Shown in pieces: positions 23,942 through 32,737 of a stretch of DNA of 40,603 bases. Source of the stretch: a virus. The stretch spans positions 1 through 40,603 of IMG/VR virus record IMGVR_UViG_3300035703_000183; one strand, written 5' to 3'. Position 1 is the first letter of the stretch. Each line of letters opens with the position of its first letter. The notes beneath the pieces were generated by a model. It was not told the DNA's origin. It did no database searches and worked only from the letters and a program-made list of their open reading frames with translations. Both the position numbers and the translations under genes were made by a program.

Positions 23942-24355
23942 CTAGGTTCCGCGTGGCTTGTAGCTGGGGCGAGCTTTGCCCTTATCGGTCCGGGCTTTAC
24001 GCGGTGCCCCTGGCTTGGGACGTGTCAGTGGTTCTGTGCGCGCATTTTGTGCGGATAATTTCAGACCCACCGGCTTAAGGTCACTGGGGCACGGTTCGCC
24101 CCGGTTGACGGTCTGGCAAGCCTCCCAGTATGGGATCAGCGATTCCCAAAGCTCGCGGATACCCTCTTTGCCGTGCTGTTGGTGGAGCGTCAGCAGATCC
24201 CGCCATTCGGCAGCGGTCAGGGTCGACCGCTCCGCGCAATAGCGCAGATCACGTAGCTGCCGCTTTTCGTTGCGGATTTGCTCGCGCAGCAGTTCGCGGG
24301 CATCTGCCGCCAGCTGTTTACGCTCGCGTTGCGTCGTCCATTCGCCGCCGCTCAC
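23942..24355 (-). CDS. Hypothetical protein with basic C-terminus
   Basis: 137-aa ORF, 4-nt overlap with the upstream gene. Confidence 0.55.
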   Translation of the reverse strand: MSGGEWTTQRERKQLAADARELLREQIRNEKRQLRDLRYCAERSTLTAAEWRDLLTLHQQHGKEGIRELWESLIPYWEACQTVNRGEPCPSDLKPVGLKLSAQNARTEPLTRPKPGAPRKARTDKGKARPSYKPRGT

Positions 24356-24579
24356 TGCTCACCCTCCCTACGGTCGGGTTCGCTGTTCGCAAAAACCATG
24401 AGCACGGTCTGGCCGGCGCTGGTACTCATGCCGCAGTCGATCACATGCAGCAAACCGCGACGCTGCAGCGATCGCGCAACCCGTACGGTTTCGCGGTCTG
24501 GCGCGATGGTATGGGGCCCGGGGTGGTTCTGGCAGAACTGCAGCATGTGCCGCTGCAGGTATCCGAGTCTGTGGTTCAT
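24352..24579 (-). CDS. Hypothetical protein (possible winged-helix)
   Basis: 75-aa ORF, first gene of a leftward unit. Confidence 0.5.
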   Translation of the reverse strand: MNHRLGYLQRHMLQFCQNHPGPHTIAPDRETVRVARSLQRRGLLHVIDCGMSTSAGQTVLMVFANSEPDRREGEQ

Positions 24580-24688
24580 GGCAAGGTGAGCCTAGGTGAA
24601 CCCTTGCACAGTAACAGCACAAGCAACCCAGCCGGCCGGATTGTAAAGTTACACAACAACGGCAGAGTGTGGGCAGGACTGGGGCCCA

Positions 24689-24694
24689 TACTGT
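24689..24694 (+). promoter_or_regulatory. -10-like hexamer TACTGT, 24 nt upstream of ATG 24719
   Basis: TAnnnT pattern, with the same spacing to the start codon as the late TACACT boxes. Confidence 0.35.
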
Positions 24695-24718
24695 GCGAGT
24701 CGTTCGGCCTATCACGCC

Positions 24719-24970
24719 ATGACATACAGGGAACCACGGCTCAGGCCCCAGCGTTTTGTGGGGATGAGCTGGGAACAGATCACAACCCAGCTGCAGGGAT
24801 TGGAGCGTCAGCAAGCCATGGCGCTGTGGCAGTGGGCAGCGTACCGCTACAGCTCGCACGGGACGGCACAGGAAAAGCACTGGCGCCGCTATGGCGTGGC
24901 ATCTGTCACCCGTCGCGTTGACCGTGTCCGCTCCTGGCTCAACCTGCAACCCTACGGGGAGGCATCATGA
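24719..24970 (+). CDS. Hypothetical protein (possible HTH)
   Basis: 83 aa, ATGA overlap with the next gene. Confidence 0.5.
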   Translation: MTYREPRLRPQRFVGMSWEQITTQLQGLERQQAMALWQWAAYRYSSHGTAQEKHWRRYGVASVTRRVDRVRSWLNLQPYGEAS

Positions 24971-25407
24971 AAGGCCGCACCGTGCACCCGGCAGAGTTTG
25001 CCGGCTGGCGCCCCAGCATGGTCGACGCTGCCCTATGGGAGACGATTCTGTGGTCTACCACAGACGACGATGGCGAACCTCTAGACCGGAATCACGACCA
25101 AACCGCAGCATGGCGCGAGGACATGCAGGCCCTGTCTGATCAGTACTACAGCTGGCGTGATCTGGCGGATGGCTGCCTGCTGGAATACGGACTAGGTGAG
25201 CTGAGCCTGGAAGATCTCCTAGGCGATCGCGTCGAGCATTGCTACGTTCTGGCGCGAGACGGCCATGGCGTCAGCATGACCGATCGGTGGATGCCAGGGC
25301 CAGAGTACAACTGCTGCGAAACCATGCAGGAGCTGGCACGGGCCCAAGGTCCCATCGGCGCCTACGTTGGTGATGATGACAGGATCTATCTCAGTTGGTC
25401 CGTTTGA
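24967..25407 (+). CDS. Hypothetical acidic protein
   Basis: 146-aa, Asp/Glu-rich, directly upstream of the ArdA-like gene. Confidence 0.55.
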   Translation: MKGRTVHPAEFAGWRPSMVDAALWETILWSTTDDDGEPLDRNHDQTAAWREDMQALSDQYYSWRDLADGCLLEYGLGELSLEDLLGDRVEHCYVLARDGHGVSMTDRWMPGPEYNCCETMQELARAQGPIGAYVGDDDRIYLSWSV

Positions 25408-25463
25408 CAGTCGGCCGGTTCCGGTTCTACACTTGCACACAAGCCACACCACGGCAAACCACC

Positions 25464-26102
25464 ATGACAACGTACATACCAGAGCAGCTAGCGACCTTTC
25501 CCTGGATCGTCAGCTGTGACACCCTTCGGACCGAAGATCTACTGGTCAAGTTCTGGGGCGCAGCAGAGCAGATCGGAGCAGACCTTACGGATCTGCTGCC
25601 AGACCTGCAACGGCTGGTAGGCGAGGATTCCAGCGAGTCTGACTGGGACGCTGATCAGGCCGGCTGGGCCCTGGAAAGCCTGGCCGCTTGCCTGCAGGAT
25701 GCGGCGCCCACCGGCTTTTATTTTGGCGCCTCCGAAGGTGACGGCGCTTGCTTCGGGTTCTGGCTGACGCCGGAATGGTGCGACGCTATGGAAGTGCTCG
25801 GCTTCGGGGATGACAATCCCGAAGGCTGGGCTGAGCTGGTGGCGCGCTTGGAAGCTGACGGCTTGGACCCTGACAACATCGAAGACGCCTACCAGGGCAG
25901 AGCCGAGGGTTGGTCAGAGGAACGGGCCGGCGCTGATTTTGCAGAGCAGACCGCCTACGATTCCGGCATGGTCAGTGATCAGCAGCATTGGCCGCTGAAC
26001 TGTATTGACTGGGACGCTGCATGGCGCGAGCTACAGACCGGCGACGGTTACCGGCTCCATGACATAGGCGGCGGGGACTGGCTGGTCTTCCGGTCAGTCT
26101 GA
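25464..26102 (+). CDS. ardA: ArdA-like antirestriction protein (DNA-mimic type)
   Basis: Very acidic. The C-terminal FAEQTAYDSG...LNCIDWDAAWRELQTGDGYRLHDIGGGDWLVFRSV resembles the ArdA C-terminal signature (IDWE..ARDL...Y......VFR). Start is at the internal ATG 25464 of the track ORF. Confidence 0.6.
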   Translation: MTTYIPEQLATFPWIVSCDTLRTEDLLVKFWGAAEQIGADLTDLLPDLQRLVGEDSSESDWDADQAGWALESLAACLQDAAPTGFYFGASEGDGACFGFWLTPEWCDAMEVLGFGDDNPEGWAELVARLEADGLDPDNIEDAYQGRAEGWSEERAGADFAEQTAYDSGMVSDQQHWPLNCIDWDAAWRELQTGDGYRLHDIGGGDWLVFRSV

Positions 26103-26127
26103 CCCTGGCACATCCCAGACCCTACGG

Positions 26128-26152
26128 GCCCGGCCACACGGTCGGGCTTTTT
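26128..26152 (+). terminator. Intrinsic terminator
   Basis: GCCCGGCC-acac-GGTCGGGC followed by TTTTT. Confidence 0.65.
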
Positions 26153-26229
26153 GCTGCGCGGCCTGCGGCCGCTTGCAAAACGTGGGACCGCGGAGGTTAG
26201 CATAAGGTCGGATTGTTTGATACTGAACC

Positions 26230-26682
26230 GTGGCCGAGACTGACGGGATCGAAACACCGAAACCCACCAACGTCTCGAACGATGAGGCTAAACGGTGGCG
26301 CGGCGGAAAGGGTTCAGAGGCTCGCATGGATGAGCGCATGAATTACGCCTATAGCCTCCTGCTGGAGGGAAATACCCGGCGAGCCAACGCCCAACTCATC
26401 GCAGATCGTTTCGGGGTGTCAATTCGGACGGCTGACGCTGACATAAGCCGCGCTATGGAGATTCTCCGAACGGAGCAATCCGAATCCCGCGATTCAATCC
26501 TGAACCAAATCCTGGCAATGAGGCTCGCAACTGCTAAGCGGGCCATGAAGCGCGGCAACTTCCAGGTCGTGGCGCATTTGTTGGACTCGATCGGCCGCGC
26601 TGCTGGCGAACTGAGCCAGGAGCAAGCCGCCCAGGCCGCTCCCACGCTCAACATCACGGTTGAGGACAAACGGCAGGCCTGA
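26230..26682 (+). CDS. terS: Putative terminase small subunit
   Basis: 150 aa with HTH-like LIADRFGVSIRTADADISRA and a helical C-terminal half. It lies upstream of terL. Confidence 0.5.
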   Translation: MAETDGIETPKPTNVSNDEAKRWRGGKGSEARMDERMNYAYSLLLEGNTRRANAQLIADRFGVSIRTADADISRAMEILRTEQSESRDSILNQILAMRLATAKRAMKRGNFQVVAHLLDSIGRAAGELSQEQAAQAAPTLNITVEDKRQA

Positions 26683-26782
26683 TCCCCTGCGATTGTTACA
26701 GAGTGTGAACGCTGGGACGCTGCAACCTCGACGCGACCCCAGGCGTCGCTATTGTGTGAGGGTAGTTCAGGCAAACCACGCC

Positions 26783-26902
26783 ATGCGCACCATCGCCGCC
26801 CTTGCCCTGCTGGCCCTCGCAACGTCAACCGCTAACCTCCCCCTTGCCGTGGCACTCGCGGCTGGGGGCCTGGCGATCGGCGCCACGGTGCCAGCGGACT
26901 GA
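26783..26902 (+). CDS. Small hydrophobic protein (39 aa)
   Basis: MRTIAALALLALATSTANLPLAVALAAGGLAIGATVPAD. It begins at the internal ATG of track ORF 26660..26902 and is followed by a terminator. Confidence 0.35.
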   Translation: MRTIAALALLALATSTANLPLAVALAAGGLAIGATVPAD

Positions 26903-26939
26903 GGCGGCGTTACAAATTGTTGCAACGCTTGACACAAAG

Positions 26940-26963
26940 CCGGGGGGAGTCTCCCGGTTTTTT
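26940..26963 (+). terminator. Intrinsic terminator
   Basis: The stem is CCGGGGG / CTCCCGG (one G-T pair) with a tetraloop, then TTTTTT (26958-26963). Confidence 0.55.
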
Positions 26964-27092
26964 GGCGTGCAGGGTGGGGCCCAGGGAACCTACTGGTACA
27001 TTCCCATCTCCTTCTTCTGTTACACACCTGGGGGGTAGTGTTGCAATTCTTGTAATACACTGCAGGGTACCTGCTAGAAAAATGGCCACTAA

Positions 27093-28340
27093 ATGCCCGA
27101 ATCGCCAGCATTAACGCTCCGTTGGGCCCAAGGCGAGGTGTTTGGCAGCCGCAAACGCTTCCGTGTGCTGGTTGCCGGCCGCCGCTTCGGCAAAAGCTAC
27201 CTGTCATGTATCGAATTATTGCGTGGGGCGATCGAGCGGCCGGGCGAAACGTTCTTTTACGCGGCCCCTACATACCGAATGGCGAAGGACATCGCCTGGA
27301 AGGTGATGAAAAAACTCGTCCCCAAGGCCTGGATCAAGAGCAAGAACGAAACCGACCTGAAGATTGAGCTGGTAAACGGCAGCACGATCGAATTAAAGGG
27401 CACCGAAAACGCAATGGCGTTGCGCGGCCGCAGTTTGGCCGGCGTGGTGCTGGACGAAGCCGCCTTCATGGACGCCGAGGTCTGGTTCGAAGTGATCCGC
27501 CCGGCCTTAGCAGACAAACAAGGCTGGGCTTTATTCATCTCCACCCCCGACGGCACCGCCAGCTGGTTCTATGAACTATGGCAATACGCCGAGAGCGGCG
27601 ACAACGACTGGAGCCGCTGGCAATTCACGACAATCGAAGGCGACAACGTCCCACCGGAAGAAATCGAAGCCGCCCGAGGCCAACTCGACGCCCGCACCTT
27701 CCGCCAAGAATTTGAAGCCAGCTTCGAGAATCTTTCCGGCCTTGTCGCCGTCAGCTTCAGCGACGAAAACATCTCCACGCAAGCTATCGACATCCCAACA
27801 CTTCCCCTAATGGTTGGCGTCGACTTCAACAACGACCCGATGACTGGCATCGTCTCCGTACGCCACAACGACAACCTATACGTCATCGACGAAATCATCC
27901 TTACCGGCGGCGCCACCACCTGGGATTTCTGCGACGAACTTATCCGCCGCTACGGCGTCGAGCGCCGCATCATCACATGCCCAGATCCAACTGGAGCAGC
28001 TCGCAAGACAAGTGGCGTTGGCTACACAGACCACAACATCCTGCGTAAATCTGGTTTTACCGTCTCTAGCCCTCGCTCTCCGTGGAAAATCCGCGACAAA
28101 ATTACATGCGCTAATACAGCGCTTCTCGATGCAGCCGGAAATCGTCGCACGTTAATCCACCCTAAGTGCCGCGAACTTATCAAATCCCTCCGCACCCTCA
28201 CCTACACCCCCAACACTGGCCTCCCCAACAAAAACCTAGGCGTCGACCACGCCTTCGACGCCTTCGGTTATCTCTGCCTTCAAGTATTCAACCTTGCGAA
28301 TATCGGCAAAATCGGCACTACAGACTACCGCCTGTACTAA
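27093..28340 (+). CDS. terL: Terminase large subunit
   Basis: Walker A is VAGRRFGKS and Walker B is GVVLDEAAF. The C-terminal nuclease-type segments are VGVDFNNDP and DHAFDAFGY. 415 aa. Confidence 0.9.
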   Translation: MPESPALTLRWAQGEVFGSRKRFRVLVAGRRFGKSYLSCIELLRGAIERPGETFFYAAPTYRMAKDIAWKVMKKLVPKAWIKSKNETDLKIELVNGSTIELKGTENAMALRGRSLAGVVLDEAAFMDAEVWFEVIRPALADKQGWALFISTPDGTASWFYELWQYAESGDNDWSRWQFTTIEGDNVPPEEIEAARGQLDARTFRQEFEASFENLSGLVAVSFSDENISTQAIDIPTLPLMVGVDFNNDPMTGIVSVRHNDNLYVIDEIILTGGATTWDFCDELIRRYGVERRIITCPDPTGAARKTSGVGYTDHNILRKSGFTVSSPRSPWKIRDKITCANTALLDAAGNRRTLIHPKCRELIKSLRTLTYTPNTGLPNKNLGVDHAFDAFGYLCLQVFNLANIGKIGTTDYRLY

Positions 28341-28846
28341 AAATCCAACGACGCAATAAGTGCATCTACAGCCAGCTTGGCTTCCGCCGACGTACCAAAT
28401 GCTTTTGTGCTATACAACTTTCCGTTACGTCTTACCTGTCCTATCCACTGGAGTTTTCGCCTGTACACATGTTTGTGCGGCGATCTCCGCCGTTTGTGAC
28501 CCACCTGATTAGTGATGTTTTGCCCTCTCTTCACTAACCGCAGATTAGTCCAGCGATTATCCAGTCCATTACCGTTAATGTGATCAACCATCAAATCCCC
28601 TGGATCTTCTCCGGTCATGTACATCCATATAAGGCGGTGAGCGTAGTAAGTAACACCATGAAAACGTCCGGCGTAATAGTGCTTTGTACTGTTCGAGCCT
28701 TTACCTAGCGTTGTTTTCGAGCCAAAAAATGTCCCAGGGCGTACCCGCGACTGCTCACTTGGCAGAAGCCAGATCAACTCACCCGTCTGCGGATCGTACT
28801 CCAAGCATTCCTGAAGAATCCCTTGCACCGGAAGAGGTTTGGGCAT
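28337..28846 (-). CDS. HNH (HNH_3-type) homing endonuclease with AP2-like DNA-binding domain
   Basis: VDHINGNGLDNRWTNLRLV is the HNH_3 motif. C-terminal YRRKLQWIGQVRRNGKLYSTKAFGTSAEAKLAVDA is AP2-like. It lies on the opposite strand, overlaps the terL stop by 4 nt, and has lower GC than its flanks. Confidence 0.85.
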   Translation of the reverse strand: MPKPLPVQGILQECLEYDPQTGELIWLLPSEQSRVRPGTFFGSKTTLGKGSNSTKHYYAGRFHGVTYYAHRLIWMYMTGEDPGDLMVDHINGNGLDNRWTNLRLVKRGQNITNQVGHKRRRSPHKHVYRRKLQWIGQVRRNGKLYSTKAFGTSAEAKLAVDALIASLDF

Positions 28847-28906
28847 GACTTAAACAGACTGCATGTAGATCCTAGCACGCTAGACTGGAGTATCCGCCAT
28901 ACATAA

Positions 28907-29074
28907 ATGGCCAAAAAACCCACCAAAGCCCAGAAAAAGGTGGAAAAAGTGCTGTCCGAGTACAAATCGGGCACCCTAAAGTCCAGCTCGGGCAAAAAAG
29001 TAACCGGCCGCAAGCAGGCAATCGCCATCGCCCTCTCCGAGGCTGGCCAAACCCGCAAAAAGAGGACCAAGTAA
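28907..29074 (+). CDS. Small basic conserved protein (55 aa)
   Basis: Hand translation gives MAKKPTKAQKKVEKVLSEYKSGTLKSSSGKKVTGRKQAIAIALSEAGQTRKKRTK. The KQAIAIALSEA motif is recalled from a widespread small-protein family. Confidence 0.55.
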   Translation: MAKKPTKAQKKVEKVLSEYKSGTLKSSSGKKVTGRKQAIAIALSEAGQTRKKRTK

Positions 29075-29247
29075 TGGCTAAACCCGGCCTCTACGCCAAC
29101 ATCAACGCCAAGCGCAAGCGCATCGCTGCCGGAAGCAACGAAAAAATGCGTAAGCCTGGCTCAAAAGGCGCCCCAACCGACGCTGCCTTCAAAGCAGCCG
29201 CCAAAACCGCCAAACCGGCTAAACCCACCAAAAAACGGAGCAAGTAA
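29074..29247 (+). CDS. Small basic protein (57 aa)
   Basis: Hand translation gives MAKPGLYANINAKRKRIAAGSNEKMRKPGSKGAPTDAAFKAAAKTAKPAKPTKKRSK. TAATG junction with the preceding ORF. Confidence 0.5.
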   Translation: MAKPGLYANINAKRKRIAAGSNEKMRKPGSKGAPTDAAFKAAAKTAKPAKPTKKRSK

Positions 29248-29249
29248 TT

Positions 29250-29594
29250 ATGGCCGCCGTCGCTCTTGCCACCACCGACCGCTACACCAACATCATCGAA
29301 TACAGCGGCGCCAAACTAACCGCCCTCGATGACTGGTTCGAGGTCCCCGCCCACTCGGGCAGCTATACGATGGCTGCCACCGTGGTCGGCTCCGCCACCT
29401 TCAAACTTGCAATCGAGTGCAGCTTCAACGGCACCTGGTTCACAATCGAAGCCGCCAAAACAATCAACTCTGCTGGCGCCTACGTTTATTTCTACGACGG
29501 TAAACCAGCAGCTAAACTCCGCCTTCGCATCTCCCAAGTCGACTCTGGCACTCCCGACGTAACCCCATACATCGCAGTTGCGTACCACGGCTAA
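29250..29594 (+). CDS. Hypothetical structural-module protein
   Basis: 114-aa ORF, beta-rich composition. Confidence 0.55.
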   Translation: MAAVALATTDRYTNIIEYSGAKLTALDDWFEVPAHSGSYTMAATVVGSATFKLAIECSFNGTWFTIEAAKTINSAGAYVYFYDGKPAAKLRLRISQVDSGTPDVTPYIAVAYHG

Positions 29595-29794
29595 TGGCAA
29601 TCCAAACCATTAACGGCGGCTGCATCCACATCGAAATCGACGCGGAAGACGGCCTCACTCACGCCACATTCGCCTTCAAAACACCATCAATACCCGAAAC
29701 TCTGGGCGGCTTTATCACAATGCTCGCCCACGGAATCGAAGTGCTGGTGCCCCTTCCCGATCCCGACGACGAGGAGCCCGAAGACGATGATTGA
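29594..29794 (+). CDS. Hypothetical protein with acidic tail
   Basis: 66-aa ORF with coupled start. Confidence 0.45.
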   Translation: MAIQTINGGCIHIEIDAEDGLTHATFAFKTPSIPETLGGFITMLAHGIEVLVPLPDPDDEEPEDDD

Positions 29795-30059
29795 GTATCG
29801 CGGCGAACGCTTCGAGGGCTACAACAAACCCAAACGCACCCCAAATCACCCCGAAAAATCACACGTTGTCCTCGCAAAAGACGGCGACACAGTAAAACTT
29901 ATCCGTTTCGGCCAACAGGGCGTAACTGGCTCACCACCAAAAACAGGAGAAACAGAAGCAGCGAAGGCCAGAAGGGCATCGTTCAAAGCGCGTCATGCCT
30001 CTAACATAAAGAAAGGCAAAATGTCCGCCGCCTACTGGGCCGATAAGGTGAAATGGTGA
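29787..30059 (+). CDS. Conserved phage protein, function unknown
   Basis: 90 aa. GYNKPKRTPNHPEKSHVV...FGQQG...SAAYWA resembles a family seen in other phages (recollection only). Confidence 0.55.
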   Translation: MIEYRGERFEGYNKPKRTPNHPEKSHVVLAKDGDTVKLIRFGQQGVTGSPPKTGETEAAKARRASFKARHASNIKKGKMSAAYWADKVKW

Positions 30060-30063
30060 CCCG

Positions 30064-31614
30064 ATGACCTACGCAGTTCCCGGCCAAATCCGCACCCATC
30101 TTGTCAGTTCGACCTTTGAAGGCCCGACTGACTCACCCTTCACGCGCACCCGCGCCGTGTTGGACATGATGCGCGGCTGGGAAATCATGAAAGCGGTCAG
30201 CCTAGGTACCGAATACCTGCGCGAAAACAGCGAAACCTTCCTCCCCCTGGAACCCCGCGAGGACTACACGGCCTACTTGGCCCGCGTCAACCGCGCCGTC
30301 TTCTCACCCTTCACGCAACGACTGGTCCGCGCCGCTGCCGGCCTGATCCTACGCAAACCGATTGTCCTCGAAGGCGACCCCTACTGGAGCGAAATCTTCG
30401 CCAAGGACGTCGACGGTTGCGGCTCGGACCTGGACGAGTATGCCCGCCGCCTACTGATCTGCGCCCTTACCTACGGCCACTGCCACACACTGGTCGATTT
30501 CCCAGCCCCAACTGGCGCCCGCAGCCTGGCGGAAGAACGCGCCCTAAACCGCCGCCCGTACTGGATCGAGGTCGACCCGCAGAATGTGTACGGCTGGCGC
30601 TTGGACCGCGAGGTCAACTACGGCAAGCTCATCCAGGTCCGAATCGCCGAAAAAGCCATCGTCCCCGACGGCCGCTTCGGCGAAAAAGTGTACGACCAGA
30701 TCCGCGTCATCGAGCCAGGCCGCTACGAGATCTACCGCCAACTGGAGAGCCGCAAGGACATGTACGGCCAAATGCCGTACCCCAACTCGTTTGACGTAAC
30801 AGGCCCCACGGGCGGCAACTACGAGCTAGTTGAAACTGGCGCTTACAGTTTGGGCGAAATCCCCCTCGTAACCCTTTACTCGAACAAGACCGACACGCTG
30901 GTCAGCAAACCCCCACTACTGGACATCGCCTACCTAAACCTGGCGCATTTCCAACGCCAAGCCGACCTGATCCACAGCCTGCATGTCGCCAGCCAACCCA
31001 TGCTTGTCCTCGAAGGCTGGGACGACCAGACCAAGGACCTTGCCATTAGCGTTAATTATGCGTTGGCGATGCAGCCCGGCAACAAGGCTTATTACGTGGA
31101 GCCTGCGTCTAGCGCTTTCGAGGCCCAGTCAAACGAAATAAAAGAACTGCAGATGCAGATGGCGACGCTGGGCATCAGCACTCTGAGCCAGCAAAAGTTT
31201 GTCGCCGAATCTGCCGACGCCCGCCGCTTGGACCGCGTCGACACCAACTCGATGCTGTCGATGGTCTCGATGGATTTACAGCAAACGCTGCAAGGCGCCT
31301 TCAACCTGGCCGCCAACTACCTCCAGCTGGAGCCCCCCAAGGTCTACGTAAGCCGCGACTTCGACATCGACCGCCTGATCGGCCAAGACATTACCGCCCT
31401 GACGACACTGTTCACGCAGCAGGTAATCGACCGCGAAGAGTTCCGCGACATCCTGCGCCAAGGCGAAATCCTATCAGCTGGCGTCTCGATGGACGGCGAT
31501 AACGAAGCCACCGAGTCTGCAGAGGAAGAAGCCCGCGAAGAAGAGGAAGAAAATTCCTCCGACGGAATATCTGCCGACCAGATGGAGCGTCTAATTCAAG
31601 CAATGATGGGCTGA
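30064..31614 (+). CDS. Portal protein
   Basis: 516 aa, positioned between terL and the scaffold/capsid genes. The N-terminal pattern [20 protein letters not shown]...[13 protein letters not shown] resembles DUF4055-type portals. The C-terminus is acidic. Confidence 0.75.
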   Translation: MTYAVPGQIRTHLVSSTFEGPTDSPFTRTRAVLDMMRGWEIMKAVSLGTEYLRENSETFLPLEPREDYTAYLARVNRAVFSPFTQRLVRAAAGLILRKPIVLEGDPYWSEIFAKDVDGCGSDLDEYARRLLICALTYGHCHTLVDFPAPTGARSLAEERALNRRPYWIEVDPQNVYGWRLDREVNYGKLIQVRIAEKAIVPDGRFGEKVYDQIRVIEPGRYEIYRQLESRKDMYGQMPYPNSFDVTGPTGGNYELVETGAYSLGEIPLVTLYSNKTDTLVSKPPLLDIAYLNLAHFQRQADLIHSLHVASQPMLVLEGWDDQTKDLAISVNYALAMQPGNKAYYVEPASSAFEAQSNEIKELQMQMATLGISTLSQQKFVAESADARRLDRVDTNSMLSMVSMDLQQTLQGAFNLAANYLQLEPPKVYVSRDFDIDRLIGQDITALTTLFTQQVIDREEFRDILRQGEILSAGVSMDGDNEATESAEEEAREEEEENSSDGISADQMERLIQAMMG

Positions 31615-31618
31615 CGGG

Positions 31619-32509
31619 ATGGCCACCAAACAGGACTACCTGACGCTGGCCCAAGTCACCGCGCTCGTCAAACTCAGCAAAAAACTCAAAAATCTCACGA
31701 CGCTGCTATCCGGCGACGGTCCCCCAGACGACACGGGCAGTTCCGGCGACTGGTACATCGACCGCCGCACGAAACAGCTTTACGGCCCTAAGTCCAGCAA
31801 CGGCTGGCCTAGCGAGCCCGTTGCACTTGGCACAAAAGACACAGATGGCCGCCTCCGCACCACGCAACTAACAATCAGCGGCAACCAAGCAGAGGCCGCC
31901 AAGGGAGACGCAGGCCCTGCAGGACCAACAGGCGCTACTGGCCCTGCCGGCCCCACCGGACCCGCTGGCCCAACCGGCGCAACCGGCCCAACAGGTTCAA
32001 CTGGTGCAACCGGCCCTGCGGGACCTGCAGGTCCACAAGGCGACGCCGGACCAACCGGCCCAACTGGAGCAACAGGTCCTCAAGGCCCCCAGGGCGAACA
32101 AGGCCCAATTGGTCTGACCGGTCCGGCAGGTCCACAAGGCGAAACAGGCCCTGCCGGCCCCACGGGCCCACAAGGCGAGACAGGTCCCCAAGGTTTAACG
32201 GGCGCTACAGGTGCCACAGGCCCCGCCGGCCCTACTGGTGCTACAGGACCTGCCGGCAGCAACGCTACTGTGACCGCCGGCACCGGCATCGCAGTCAGCG
32301 ACGGCGTTGTTTCCCTGAACTCCAGCTTTCTTACAACAAACCAGTTCATCCAACTACCAACCGGCACAACCGCACAGCGCCCGAACACCCCAGCCACGGG
32401 CATGATCCGCTTCAACACCAGCGCTGGCGCCTTCGAGGGCTACACCGGCACCGCGTGGGTGAATTTGTCCCCGGCCAACATCGACGACGTTGGAGCAACG
32501 ATTACCTAA
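31619..32509 (+). CDS. Collagen-like (Gly-X-Y repeat) protein with globular C-terminal domain
   Basis: About 39 uninterrupted G-X-Y triplets (roughly 31904-32257). The C-terminal [11 protein letters not shown]...GMIRFNT...FEGYTGTAW is a motif seen in phage fibre proteins. Confidence 0.85.
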   Translation: MATKQDYLTLAQVTALVKLSKKLKNLTTLLSGDGPPDDTGSSGDWYIDRRTKQLYGPKSSNGWPSEPVALGTKDTDGRLRTTQLTISGNQAEAAKGDAGPAGPTGATGPAGPTGPAGPTGATGPTGSTGATGPAGPAGPQGDAGPTGPTGATGPQGPQGEQGPIGLTGPAGPQGETGPAGPTGPQGETGPQGLTGATGATGPAGPTGATGPAGSNATVTAGTGIAVSDGVVSLNSSFLTTNQFIQLPTGTTAQRPNTPATGMIRFNTSAGAFEGYTGTAWVNLSPANIDDVGATIT

Positions 32510-32554
32510 TCTTCTTTTGTTGTAGACTAGAACTGCACTATTTACAGTCCGCTG

Positions 32555-32734
32555 GTGAAGAGCCTGGATTACGTGCAGCAACCGGACGGCAGTTTCCGCT
32601 GGGAAATGGTCGAGATGGACGAAGCTGCGCGGGCTGCAAAGCCTGAACCCGAAAAACCCGCTCGCCGGGCCCCGAAAAAGGCCATCAGCGAGCCTGTTTT
32701 CGTCGAACCCACTACCGAAACCCCCGAGTTCTAA
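32555..32734 (+). CDS. Small hypothetical protein (59 aa, GTG start)
   Basis: Hand translation gives VKSLDYVQQPDGSFRWEMVEMDEAARAAKPEPEKPARRAPKKAISEPVFVEPTTETPEF. TAGACT lies 26 nt upstream. Confidence 0.35.
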   Translation: MKSLDYVQQPDGSFRWEMVEMDEAARAAKPEPEKPARRAPKKAISEPVFVEPTTETPEF

Positions 32735-32737
32735 CGC

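Noticed and set aside
24130-24949. Long overlapping ORFs 24130..24921 (+) and 24368..24949 (-)
   Set aside because: They overlap the translationally coupled leftward genes 23942..24355 and 24352..24579 and the rightward gene 24719..24970. Their sequences are Arg/Ala/Pro-rich, typical of off-frame translations.
26349-27207. Minus-strand ORFs 26349..26828 and 26767..27207
   Set aside because: They are antisense to the terS-like gene and the terS-terL spacer. They are Arg/Ala/Pro-rich and span plus-strand terminators.
31904-32257. Non-coding triplet tandem repeat
   Set aside because: The periodicity is the GGN-CCN-NNN pattern of an in-frame Gly-X-Y collagen-like coding repeat inside a 296-aa ORF.
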